From the NCBI RefSeq assembly GCF_000039765.1, contig NC_004460.2:1290001-1322000 (forward strand): a stretch of 32,000 nucleotides of DNA, read 5' to 3'. Position numbers and translations under genes: made by a program. Below the pieces are notes generated by a model. That model made no database searches, was not told the DNA's origin, and saw only the letters and a list, made by a program, of their open reading frames with translations. The stretch comes from Vibrio vulnificus CMCP6. Lineage in GTDB: Bacteria > Pseudomonadota > Gammaproteobacteria > Enterobacterales > Vibrionaceae. Below, piece by piece: positions 8,846 to 17,337 of the stretch; the stretch's first letter is position 1, and the number at the start of each line of letters is the position of its first letter.

Positions 8846-8878
8846 AAAATCCCGCAAAATTTGCGGGATTTTGTTTTT
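8846..8878. terminator. Bidirectional Rho-independent terminator (convergent 288-aa gene and nagB)
   Basis: AAAATCCCGCAA pairs with TTGCGGGATTTT. It is flanked by an A-run (8844-8849) and a T-rich tail (ttttgttttt). Confidence 0.85.
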
Positions 8879-8900
8879 CTGGTGTTCGCTCAGAGCGAGA

Positions 8901-9701
8901 TTAGAAGCCGACGATGTTCTTAGCTTCTAGCTCAGTGAAGTATTTTACTGTCTTCACTTTTAGCTCTTGAGTTGATGGCTCATCACATACGATCACTGAC
9001 TTAGGATGTAGTTGAAGAGCAGAAACAGTCCATAGGTGGTTTACGCTGCCTTCTACCGCTGCTTCTAGCGCGAGTGCTTTGTTATGGCCTGTTACTAGGA
9101 TCATAATTTCTTGAGAATCAAGCAACGTACCCACGCCGATCGTCAAGGCGTATTTTGGTACTTGGTTGATGTCGCCATCGAAGAAACGAGAGTTAGCAAT
9201 ACGCGTGTCTTCCGTTAGTGTCTTGATGCGAGTGCGAGACGATAGAGAAGACGCTGGCTCGTTAAATGCGATGTGACCATCGTTGCCCACGCCACCCATG
9301 AATAGGTTGATACGGCCGTAAGATTTGATTTTGTCTTCGTAACGCTGACATTCTGCTTCGTGATCTTCCGCATTGCCGTTTAGCAGGTTGATGTTCTCTT
9401 CCTGGATGTCAATGTGGTTGAAGAAGTTGTTGTACATGAATGAACGGTAAGATTCTGGGTGATCGGCGGAAATGCCAACGTACTCATCCATATTAAAAGT
9501 CACAACGTGCTTAAAGCTCACTTTGCCTTCTTGGTAAAGTTCAATCAGTGCTTTGTATGTCGCAAGAGGAGTGCCACCCGTAGGTAGACCCAATACGAAA
9601 GGACGCTCAGCTGTTGGTTGGAAATCATTGATACGCTTAGCAATATGTGCCGCTGCCCACTTACCAACTTGTGCTGCGGTTTTTAACGGGATAAGTCTCA
9701 T
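8901..9701 (-). CDS. nagB: Glucosamine-6-phosphate deaminase
   Basis: 266 aa, near-collinear with E. coli NagB as recalled ([45 protein letters not shown]). Confidence 0.97.
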   Translation of the reverse strand: MRLIPLKTAAQVGKWAAAHIAKRINDFQPTAERPFVLGLPTGGTPLATYKALIELYQEGKVSFKHVVTFNMDEYVGISADHPESYRSFMYNNFFNHIDIQEENINLLNGNAEDHEAECQRYEDKIKSYGRINLFMGGVGNDGHIAFNEPASSLSSRTRIKTLTEDTRIANSRFFDGDINQVPKYALTIGVGTLLDSQEIMILVTGHNKALALEAAVEGSVNHLWTVSALQLHPKSVIVCDEPSTQELKVKTVKYFTELEAKNIVGF

Positions 9702-9743
9702 TTTTCGCCCCTAGATATTAGAAATTTTGGATGTACCGAAACA

Positions 9744-9764
9744 TTATTTTGCATTATAAAATAA
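9744..9764. promoter_or_regulatory. Operator-like dyad upstream of nagB (NagC/Mlc-type candidate)
   Basis: TTATTTT (9744-9750), spacer gcattat, AAAATAA (9758-9764). This is a perfect 7-bp inverted repeat, 43-63 bp upstream of the nagB ATG. Confidence 0.4.
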
Positions 9765-10022
9765 GTTTTGTGTGGCTGCCATTGTTTTAGGTCAAAATTT
9801 CACATATTTCACCTAACTGTCACCATTGTGGCTGATGACACACGTTTGCGCTGGGTGTTTTTCTTGGATTGAGCGTCGATGAATGAGTTAAATCTGTTCT
9901 AATCAGTTGATAAATTTATCTTCTAAATTAAGTAGTAATTTGAAGGGGCTCAACTTTACGCATTGGCGAAATAACCACCACCTGCCCATACTCATAGTGT
10001 GTTCTTCTGCAGGAGCCAGATC

Positions 10023-10274
10023 ATGAAAAACGAGTTAGATTCCACCAAAATTCTGCACGCGTATGAAACCATTATGGAACGAGGCACCCCAACCGAATTT
10101 GGCAAAATTTACGAAGGGGTCGAAGCGTTTTCAGATTATGATGGCTACAGCGTGTACATGCGAGGCAATGGGGTTGAGTTAAAAGTCGGTTTTCACAACA
10201 CCTACCACCTAGATTATGAGCAAGAGCACTTGCGCGATAGCTTCTTGAAAAAAGTGGCACTGCTCGCCAAATAA
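10023..10274 (+). CDS. Small hypothetical protein (83 aa)
   Basis: ATG at 10023 is preceded by AGGAG at a 7-nt spacing. The composition is soluble and acidic. No family was recognised. Confidence 0.6.
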   Translation: MKNELDSTKILHAYETIMERGTPTEFGKIYEGVEAFSDYDGYSVYMRGNGVELKVGFHNTYHLDYEQEHLRDSFLKKVALLAK

Positions 10275-10336
10275 AGCGTGCCCCACCAGTTAAGGCTAAT
10301 TACCTCTATTTTGATGCACTTGTTTCGGCAAGTGCG

Positions 10337-12340
10337 TCAGTGTTTTAGAGATCGAATCAAATAAGCGAGTGTCGGCTCAATGTCACCTTGATGTTGAGGG
10401 ATGCGATGACGTGGTTGAGTTAGCCATCCACGTTCAACCAATTCGTCAATCAGATCTAAGTAACGATGGCTGCATTTTCCAATCATGAGGTTGTCTAGGC
10501 TGCGCTGTTTGCTGAGATCCAGCATGGCTAAGAAGCCTTTGAGATACACATAGTCTTTTGTGAAGCCACCACCGCGGTAAACGCGAGTTGTGATGATGAA
10601 GGCATCGTCCCTTTCTAGCTGGAGCTCATCAGTTAAAAAACAAAAAGTCTGGTAGAAGTTGTGCTCTTTGAGTAAGGAATCCACCGCCAGCACTCGAACG
10701 GCTAAGGCTTGTAAGCGAGCATGGGACAGGTATCCAGAGTGGTACTCCGCCATGATCGCCAAACCTTCCTGTGTCAAGGTGTCGCCTGGTAGACCGAGTC
10801 GAAACACTTGCAATGGCTGCATTTTGGCATTGAAGGTGGTGGCCATATGCACACCAAGTTCATGTTGGATCAGGCGTCTCAGTTCCGTATCGTGAAAAGT
10901 GACCTTGCCATTTAAAAGGAGCGTCGGGGGATTTGAACTGACCATGGCGCGTGCCGCCAAGGAAGAGGACAAACTCACTTTACAAGGCATCTCCCACCCT
11001 TTTGTGGCCTGTTGCATCTGCGTTTGTGCTTGCTGTGCAGTAAAAAGTGCCCCGTGTTCTTCATCGAGTGTCTGCGCGTAGAGAAGAAACTGAGCGTTGC
11101 TGATATCGACGCCGTCGGGACGACCGTAATGACGTAACGAGTTATAGAGAAATGCCTCTTGCCCCACGCTGGTTAGCAGGTCAATTTTCTCACTCAAATT
11201 ATTCACCATATCGCTGTAGAGCTGGCGCATATCAGGATCGGCGATGGTTTCGATCGGAAAACGATAAAGCTGATGTTTGAACTCGTTGGCATGGATAGGC
11301 AGCTGGCGATAGCGATAGTCTGGAGTATAGCGATTGGGGGCCGCTTCAAAGCGTTTTCGTTCGGCGGTTAAATTGGTTGGGTTAACGTATTTAAGCGTTT
11401 CAACCTTATTGGCCAGTTTGTAGAGCGCTTTATCCACGGCCAGTACCGCAGGCTCGATCGATGAGCTCAGCATATCGGCTTTGCTGACCGAGCGGCGGCG
11501 ATTGAATTTGCGTTGAAAAAAGGCACTGGTTTGGCTAAAGGCTTCTTTCAAACCGGATTGCAACGCCTCGAGGACCAAAGGAAACAGCGTGCCGCTCTCC
11601 TCTTCCATAAAAACTTTCTTCACCTCGGTAGGCAGTACTAAGGTGCGATCAAAGTGTGCGTTCGTGTGGGCAATTAAGTAGCCTCGGCCTTCAAATACGG
11701 CGTTGACTTGCGCTGTGGCGGCGAGGTTAGGTAGCGCAATGCTTTGCAATTCTGCGCAAAAACGTTTCACCACCGATTGCCAGCGTTCTATATCAATTTG
11801 TGCGGTGCCGATGTTGAATACTGGCGCGTCTGCTTGTTGCCGCTTGTAGTTGTAAGAGTGAACATCAAACACCAGTACCATACCGTGCAGCGATTCGAGT
11901 TTGGCGATCAATGCTTCATAAAGTTGATAAAAAGCCGCGTGTTTTTGATGACTTCGGTTGCGCTGCTGATTGCTGAGAGGTTTCTTCCACACCTGCACAT
12001 CCCAAGCCGATTTGTAGTATGTGCTTAGCGTCATGGCTCGATTGAGATCGTACTCAAAACGCGAATCAAGGCCGATCAGCACAATCGGTTGTGACATGAT
12101 CATGTCATCGGTGTAGGGATCTTCTTCGAATAAGCGTTCACTGTCGCTAAGTAAGCACTGGTTGGTCAAATCGCTTCTTAACCGATGTCCGGCGTGAATG
12201 GCGGTACATACCACAGGTAGGTATTCATCGATTTTGATGAAGCAGCCTCCCTCCACCAACTCGCCTGAAAATGGCTGCCCTCGTTTGATCATCGAGAGCA
12301 TCTCTTCTAATGCGTATTGGTTATGGGTCGATGTGAGCAT
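10337..12340 (-). CDS. Two-domain hydrolase: N-formylglutamate-amidohydrolase-like N-half fused to a QEGLA-motif / DUF1704 (MATCAP-like, HExxxH) C-half
   Basis: The N-half has FGase-family motifs (IHAGH, DSRFEYDLNR, VFDVHSYN). The C-half has HELGVH at 10847-10864 and QEGLA at 10757-10771; both were checked against the nucleotide sequence. The start is ambiguous: ATG 12340 overlaps the upstream gene by 20 nt, and ATG 12301 is the alternative. The track start at 12412 lies deep inside the upstream gene. Confidence 0.85.
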   Translation of the reverse strand: MLTSTHNQYALEEMLSMIKRGQPFSGELVEGGCFIKIDEYLPVVCTAIHAGHRLRSDLTNQCLLSDSERLFEEDPYTDDMIMSQPIVLIGLDSRFEYDLNRAMTLSTYYKSAWDVQVWKKPLSNQQRNRSHQKHAAFYQLYEALIAKLESLHGMVLVFDVHSYNYKRQQADAPVFNIGTAQIDIERWQSVVKRFCAELQSIALPNLAATAQVNAVFEGRGYLIAHTNAHFDRTLVLPTEVKKVFMEEESGTLFPLVLEALQSGLKEAFSQTSAFFQRKFNRRRSVSKADMLSSSIEPAVLAVDKALYKLANKVETLKYVNPTNLTAERKRFEAAPNRYTPDYRYRQLPIHANEFKHQLYRFPIETIADPDMRQLYSDMVNNLSEKIDLLTSVGQEAFLYNSLRHYGRPDGVDISNAQFLLYAQTLDEEHGALFTAQQAQTQMQQATKGWEMPCKVSLSSSLAARAMVSSNPPTLLLNGKVTFHDTELRRLIQHELGVHMATTFNAKMQPLQVFRLGLPGDTLTQEGLAIMAEYHSGYLSHARLQALAVRVLAVDSLLKEHNFYQTFCFLTDELQLERDDAFIITTRVYRGGGFTKDYVYLKGFLAMLDLSKQRSLDNLMIGKCSHRYLDLIDELVERGWLTQPRHRIPQHQGDIEPTLAYLIRSLKH

Positions 12341-13361
12341 TTTGTACCGCCGTGCGGAAAGCGCTCTTACGCTGCTGGAGGAGTTCTTTGGAATTGACGA
12401 TGTTTTCAACAAAATCTATCACCTGGCGCTGCAAGCGTACTCGGTTGAGTTTGTTGATTCGGGTAATACCGCCTGGGCTCAGTACATTCACCTCAACCAG
12501 CTTATTGCCGATCACATCAAGACCAGTGAAATAGAGGCCATCTCGCACTAATTTGGGGCCAATAGCTGCGCACAAGCGTCGCTCTTCTTTGGTGAGAGTG
12601 TGCTTAATGACTGACCCTCCTGCGTGCACGTTTGAACGAAACTCGCCCTTGGCCGGAATCCGCGCCATTGCACCAATAGGCTCACCATTGAGCATCAAAA
12701 TGCGTTTGTCGCCTTCCTCGGCACCTTCAATGTAATCTTGCAAAATCACATAGTTACTTTGTTCGCCTTCCCCAATATAGAAATCGAGGAGTGAACGGAA
12801 GTTCTGTTGTGCATTTTTCTCAATCACAATCACACCATGCCCACCAAAGCCATTGAGCGGTTTGAGGATCATCTTCTCGCTCTGGGACTCTTCCAAAACG
12901 CGTTGCAGATACTCTCGATTTTTTGAGACATGGGTAGAAGGGAGAAACTCGCTGGCTGTGCCGCCCATACTGGCGGTGTAGAGCTTGTTATTAGCGATAC
13001 GTAGGCCTTCAAGGTCGTTGATGATCAGCGTATCGTCTTTGATGGAATCGAGGAAATTCAGGGCAAGATTGTCTAAAGGAGGATTCGCCCGCATGAAAAT
13101 AACGTCAAAACCCGCCATAGGGAGGCAGGCTTTTTGAAATTCGGCCTGACGATAAAAAGTCGGTACCTTGTCTGAAATTCGCAGTCCTTTTTTCAGGACC
13201 TGACAGAAACCAAATACGTTACTGTCTCTAATGGTCAATCCGCTCGTTGTTGTAATGGCAACCGTGTGGCCTCTTAATGCGCACTCATGAATGAGGCGTA
13301 AGGTGGTGTCCGTTTCAGGACAAACACGATCCCATGGATACATCAAAAAGCAGATATGCAT
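12321..13361 (-). CDS. ATP-grasp ligase of the glutathione-synthetase (GshB) type, paralog
   Basis: 346 aa, collinear with E. coli GshB as recalled (ILKPLNGFGGHG, GDKRILMLNGEPIGAMARIPAKGEFRSNVHAGG, IGPKLVRDGLYFTGLDVIG.KLVEVNVLSPGG). Its ATG shares one base with the stop of the upstream gene (TAATG, 13359-13363). SD GAGGA lies 6 nt upstream. Confidence 0.9.
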   Translation of the reverse strand: MHICFLMYPWDRVCPETDTTLRLIHECALRGHTVAITTTSGLTIRDSNVFGFCQVLKKGLRISDKVPTFYRQAEFQKACLPMAGFDVIFMRANPPLDNLALNFLDSIKDDTLIINDLEGLRIANNKLYTASMGGTASEFLPSTHVSKNREYLQRVLEESQSEKMILKPLNGFGGHGVIVIEKNAQQNFRSLLDFYIGEGEQSNYVILQDYIEGAEEGDKRILMLNGEPIGAMARIPAKGEFRSNVHAGGSVIKHTLTKEERRLCAAIGPKLVRDGLYFTGLDVIGNKLVEVNVLSPGGITRINKLNRVRLQRQVIDFVENIVNSKELLQQRKSAFRTAVQNAHIDP

Positions 13362-13720
13362 TAATCGTCCTCAGTTAGGCTTGCGTCTTCCTCAACGTAG
13401 TCATCGTTTGCGTCTGGTTTATTGCGTCCGTTAAGAGTATGGAAGCGCTTGCGACCACGTGCAAGGCGGATGTATTTCAACCAAGTACGTTCCACTTTGT
13501 TTTGTGCCGCTTCTGGTGTTTCTAGCGTCAGCAAAAAGTGTTTTTCATCTTCATTTTCTGGAGTCAATTGACCGGTCTCTAGACCGACCAAGGTGTCTCC
13601 ATAAATCATTAGGATTTCCTCTTCTGCAAGAGTAAAATCACCTGACTTTGCAAATCCGCGTGGAAATTTTGCGTTATCGAAAAATCGTTTTTTGCCATGA
13701 CGAATAGTCGTGTCAGACAT
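13361..13720 (-). CDS. DUF413 / MaoP (YifE)-like protein with an acidic C-terminal tail
   Basis: 119 aa with the family pattern FFDNAKFPRGFAKSGDFT...E..WLKY......RKRFHTLNG, as in E. coli YifE (recalled). It is divergent from an HdfR-like LysR gene, as in E. coli. The C-terminus is DANDDYVEEDASLTEDD. Confidence 0.85.
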   Translation of the reverse strand: MSDTTIRHGKKRFFDNAKFPRGFAKSGDFTLAEEEILMIYGDTLVGLETGQLTPENEDEKHFLLTLETPEAAQNKVERTWLKYIRLARGRKRFHTLNGRNKPDANDDYVEEDASLTEDD

Positions 13721-13869
13721 ATCAAACAGCCTCTGTAACCGTGATAGATGAATAATGATGATTTACGGCGAAAGTTAGGCGCAAAGTTAGCAAAAGAAAA
13801 ACAAAAGTTTTCTATCGATATGATAGGTATTTGTTGTTAATCTGGTGGCGATAAACCAGGAGATGTCTA

Positions 13870-14769
13870 ATGGACGTAAAGGTCTTTCGTACTTTTTTAG
13901 AATTGGCTAATGTTCGTCATTTTGGACGTGCAGCTGAGAATTTATACATTACCCAAGCCGCGGTCAGCGCGCGCATCAAACAGCTAGAAAGCTACTTCGA
14001 TGTTGAGCTTTTTATTCGTGATCGCAACAACATCAAACTCACATCGGCAGGTGAGCGTTTAGTGGGTTACGCAGAAGTGATGGTGTCCACATTGCAGCAG
14101 GCGAAACTTGAACTTTCGATGCAAGATGGCCGTGCCTTGCAACTGACGTTGGGCGGAACGCCAAATGTGTGGGATGCCTATCTGCAAAACTGTTTAAGCG
14201 TGGTGACTGATTCGTTCAGTGGCTACGGTTTTAATGCGGAAGTGATGGGGCGAGAACTGCTGACACGTGGCCTGCAAGAGCGCACGTTAGACATGGCATT
14301 CGCGTTTGATCAAATCAAAGCAGATGAGTTTTCTTGCAAGAAAGTGGCCGATTTGGTGTTGGTGATGGTGTCCACTGAAGCTGCAAGCAAAGACAGCGTC
14401 TTTGAGGGTAAATACGTCTACATTGATTGGGGAACCAAGTTTGCTTCTGAGCATGCTGAGCGTCACCAGAAACACCTAGCGCCCTATCTCAGAACGTCGA
14501 CTGCGCGTATTGCACTCGATTTCATTTTAGAAAAAGGTGGAAGTGCTTACTTACCAGCTTCGATAGCCCAGCCGTACCTTTCTTCGGGGCAGTTGCATCG
14601 AGTAGAAGGGGTCGATGAATGGAATCGTCCTATTTATTTAAGCTACCGCAAAGCCAGCACCTCGATTGATGCCATTCGTCAGGTGGAAGAATTGGTTAAG
14701 ATGATTGACCCGCTGGCCAGCTACCAAGTGCAACAGGCGATCGATTTGTCGTTAACTCAAAACGGTTAA
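13870..14769 (+). CDS. hdfR: LysR-family transcriptional regulator, HdfR-like
   Basis: The N-terminal HTH closely matches E. coli HdfR as recalled (RHFGRAAENLYITQAAVSARIKQLE...LFIRDRNNIKLTSAGERL..YAE). It is divergent from the DUF413 gene. SD AGGAG lies 7 nt upstream. Confidence 0.8.
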   Translation: MDVKVFRTFLELANVRHFGRAAENLYITQAAVSARIKQLESYFDVELFIRDRNNIKLTSAGERLVGYAEVMVSTLQQAKLELSMQDGRALQLTLGGTPNVWDAYLQNCLSVVTDSFSGYGFNAEVMGRELLTRGLQERTLDMAFAFDQIKADEFSCKKVADLVLVMVSTEAASKDSVFEGKYVYIDWGTKFASEHAERHQKHLAPYLRTSTARIALDFILEKGGSAYLPASIAQPYLSSGQLHRVEGVDEWNRPIYLSYRKASTSIDAIRQVEELVKMIDPLASYQVQQAIDLSLTQNG

Positions 14770-14797
14770 GCCGCAGATTTTCGCGTTGAAATACTCT

Positions 14798-14826
14798 AAA
14801 GCCTCGTCAAAAAACGAGGCTTTTTT
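14798..14826. terminator. Rho-independent terminator after the hdfR-like gene
   Basis: AAAGCCTCGT (14798-14807), loop CAAAAA, ACGAGGCTTT (14814-14823), then a T-run. Confidence 0.8.
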
Positions 14827-14890
14827 GTTGCTTTTCAATGCCCTTTTCTAAGCTCGATCTACTCTGTTAAACAAAGTGATTAGCAAGGCG

Positions 14891-15094
14891 TTAAAGGTTC
14901 ATGAGATTTTCGAGCGAGTCTTCAATGTTGGCGCAATGGTAGGTGTGAATCGCGTTGCCATCGCGGGCGTTGATTTGAATCGTGGAAATTCCATTGTCTC
15001 CTTGAGATTCGATAATGCCGAGAGAGTCCTCTACTGAGTTGCTGGTAATCACTTCTTGATTGCGCAGCACGATAATACAGGAGTGCAGATCCAT
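14891..15094 (-). CDS. Small hypothetical protein (67 aa)
   Basis: A good SD (AAGGAAGAGG) lies just upstream of the ATG. The composition is soluble. No family was recognised. Confidence 0.55.
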   Translation of the reverse strand: MDLHSCIIVLRNQEVITSNSVEDSLGIIESQGDNGISTIQINARDGNAIHTYHCANIEDSLENLMNL

Positions 15095-15464
15095 AGCCTC
15101 TTCCTTATTCGTTATGTCTGACGTTGTTGACCACTGGTGAGGGTGGCTACTTTTTAAATTAGTTTAAATTGTGAGAATTGCCAAAAATTATACACAACGC
15201 AATATTGCAATCCGATGCAGAGGCTGGGTTGAGGCTGGAAATTGGGATTGAGTTCCGAAAATGGCGAGTTATTATCGAGGTTATTGTTACAATTTCACTC
15301 ATATCTCCCATCGTTTTGGCTTTGCCAATCCGTTGGTTACCAAACACACAGCGAGCGATTGCCAGTGTGAGGCATGGGGATACGCTAACGCTTGATAGAG
15401 CGACATGATTGAGGTGGAACAGGGCTGCGGTTCCCCCATTTTCCCGTCAAACAAGGATTTTTCT

Positions 15465-16850
15465 ATGGCCATTTTAAACTACTCATCGCTCACGACAGAG
15501 CAATGTCAACAAGCAAGGATGGCCCGAGATAGTCGCTTTGATGGGCTGTTTTATGTGGCGGTCAAAAGCACTGGGATTTTCTGCCGGCCTGTATGTCCTG
15601 CCAATTTACCCAAAGAAGAGAACGTGGAGTATTACCACGATAAAGCGCAAGCCTTGTCGGCTGGCTATCGCCCATGTTTGCGTTGTCGCCCCGACAGCGC
15701 GCCTGATTCTTGGGCGTGGAAAGGGGTCGAAACCACATTTCAACGTGCGTTGACCTTGATTGAACAAGGGGCGCTACAAACGGAGAGGTTGTCAGCTTTG
15801 GCGCAACGTTTAGGAGTGAGCGATCGCTATATTCGTCAATTATTTCGCCGGTATTTGGGGATCTCTCCGAAGCAATATGCTCAGTCTCAGCAGTTGTTGT
15901 TTGCCAAACAGTTGCTGCATGGTAGCTCATTGAGCGTTACCGAAATTGGCTTTGCTTCCGGCTTTAACAGTACTCGCCGTTTTAATGATGCGTTTCAAAA
16001 GTCGATGGGTATGCCCCCTTCGAAAATCCGTCGAAGTAAAGGGGGGGCGAGTCACGATCAGTCGCATATTGTGCTCGCGTTTCGCGGTGATTTGAACGTA
16101 AAACACATGCTGGATTTTTATCGGCAGCGAGCGATTGAAGGCGTAGAGGTGGTGACGGAGACGAGTTATCAACGTCAAGTCGTGATCAACGGAAAAACGG
16201 TTGGGTTTCGCGCGGAATTTCCCGCAACATTTCCAGCAGAGAAGCGGCAGTTAGTGGTTTATTTTTCGATGGATGATCTGACGTTGTTGCGCCCGATGGT
16301 GGCTGGAATCAGGCGGATGTTCGATCTCGATTGCGACACGCGCGTGATTGAAGCCCATCTCAACACTGTAGCGCCTGGGTTGGTCAAAAGCGTTGGTATC
16401 CGGATTCCGGGTGTCTGGAGTGTTTGGGAAGCGGGCGTACGAGCGATTTTGGGCCAACAAGTCTCGGTCAAAGCCGCCATCGGACAACTGAATCTATTGG
16501 TCGCGACTTTACACCCCGATTCTGAAGTGCGCACTTTTCCTTCACCACAACAGGTGGTTGATGCGGATCTGCATTTCTTACGAATGCCACAAAGTCGAAA
16601 AGAAACCTTAAGACGTTTTGCTGCCATGATGCTGGAGAATGAACACGCCGATCCCAATCAATGGTTGGCGTTAAAAGGCATTGGGCCGTGGACGGTCAGT
16701 TACGCCCAATTGCGAGGCCTTTCGCAGCCAGACAGACTGCTAGAGAAGGATTTAGTGGTGAAAAAAGCACTGGCTCAGTTCCCCACTTTGAATCAAGAAA
16801 GCGCTTCACCTTGGGGGAGTTACGCAACTTTTCATCTATGGAATCAATAA
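15465..16850 (+). CDS. Ada N-terminal (Zn, methylphosphotriester-sensing) + AraC HTH + AlkA-type DNA-3-methyladenine glycosylase II fusion
   Basis: ATG at 15465 has SD AAGGA 7 nt upstream. The Ada_Zn block is FDGLFYVAVKSTGIFCRPVCPA...GYRPCLRCRP. An AraC HTH follows (RYIRQLFRRYLGISPKQY). The C-terminal half looks like AlkA_N plus a HhH-GPD glycosylase. Confidence 0.9.
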   Translation: MAILNYSSLTTEQCQQARMARDSRFDGLFYVAVKSTGIFCRPVCPANLPKEENVEYYHDKAQALSAGYRPCLRCRPDSAPDSWAWKGVETTFQRALTLIEQGALQTERLSALAQRLGVSDRYIRQLFRRYLGISPKQYAQSQQLLFAKQLLHGSSLSVTEIGFASGFNSTRRFNDAFQKSMGMPPSKIRRSKGGASHDQSHIVLAFRGDLNVKHMLDFYRQRAIEGVEVVTETSYQRQVVINGKTVGFRAEFPATFPAEKRQLVVYFSMDDLTLLRPMVAGIRRMFDLDCDTRVIEAHLNTVAPGLVKSVGIRIPGVWSVWEAGVRAILGQQVSVKAAIGQLNLLVATLHPDSEVRTFPSPQQVVDADLHFLRMPQSRKETLRRFAAMMLENEHADPNQWLALKGIGPWTVSYAQLRGLSQPDRLLEKDLVVKKALAQFPTLNQESASPWGSYATFHLWNQ

Positions 16851-16851
16851 C

Positions 16852-17337
16852 ATGAAATACTACACTCAATTTTCCAGCCCGTTTGGTCTTGTGACTGTTC
16901 AGGCCAACGATCAAGGTTTGCTCGGGATCTGGTTTGAACAACATACGACTTTACCAATGGAGTTAGGGTGTGACGCGGCTACGCATCCGGTGATCAGCGA
17001 AACTCGTCAACAGTTGGAGCAGTACTTTTCTGGCCAGCGACAACAGTTTGATCTGCCTTTGGCCGCGCAAGGCACCGAGTTTCAACAAAAAGTGTGGCAG
17101 GCACTGACCCAAATCCCTTATGGTCAAACCTGTAGCTATCAAGATTTGGCCAATGCCATTGGTAACCCTAAAGCGGTGAGAGCGGTGGGGCTGGCGAATG
17201 GTAAAAATCCGATTTCTATCGTCGTCCCTTGCCATCGAGTGATAGGCAAAAGCGGCAAGTTAACCGGATATGCTGGCGGTTTAGAGCGTAAACAGCAATT
17301 GCTGGCGTTGGAGTCAGGTGGTGAAATTTCACGCTGA
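16852..17337 (+). CDS. ogt: Methylated-DNA-protein-cysteine methyltransferase
   Basis: The active-site PCHRV is present (IVVPCHRVIG). The N-terminal Ada/Ogt ribonuclease-like domain is present. The ATG lies 1 nt after the upstream stop, so the two genes form an operon. Confidence 0.93.
   Translation: MKYYTQFSSPFGLVTVQANDQGLLGIWFEQHTTLPMELGCDAATHPVISETRQQLEQYFSGQRQQFDLPLAAQGTEFQQKVWQALTQIPYGQTCSYQDLANAIGNPKAVRAVGLANGKNPISIVVPCHRVIGKSGKLTGYAGGLERKQQLLALESGGEISR

Noticed and set aside
10314-10337. Hairpin ATGCACTTG-tttcgg-CAAGTGCGT abutting the stop of the 691-aa ORF, considered as a terminator
   Set aside because: The stem is reasonable (9 bp with one G-U), but no proper U-tail follows on the minus strand and the tail on the plus strand is only weakly T-rich. 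It was left unannotated.
12341-12412. 24-aa N-terminal extension of the FGase/QEGLA gene
   Set aside because: It would overlap the ATP-grasp gene by 92 nt and it looks non-coding (Ser-rich). ATG 12340 or ATG 12301 is more plausible.
15159-15408. Overlapping 62-aa (minus) and 76-aa (plus) ORFs upstream of the ada-alkA fusion
   Set aside because: They are mutually antisense, neither has an SD, and neither matches a recognisable family. The region is more likely regulatory.
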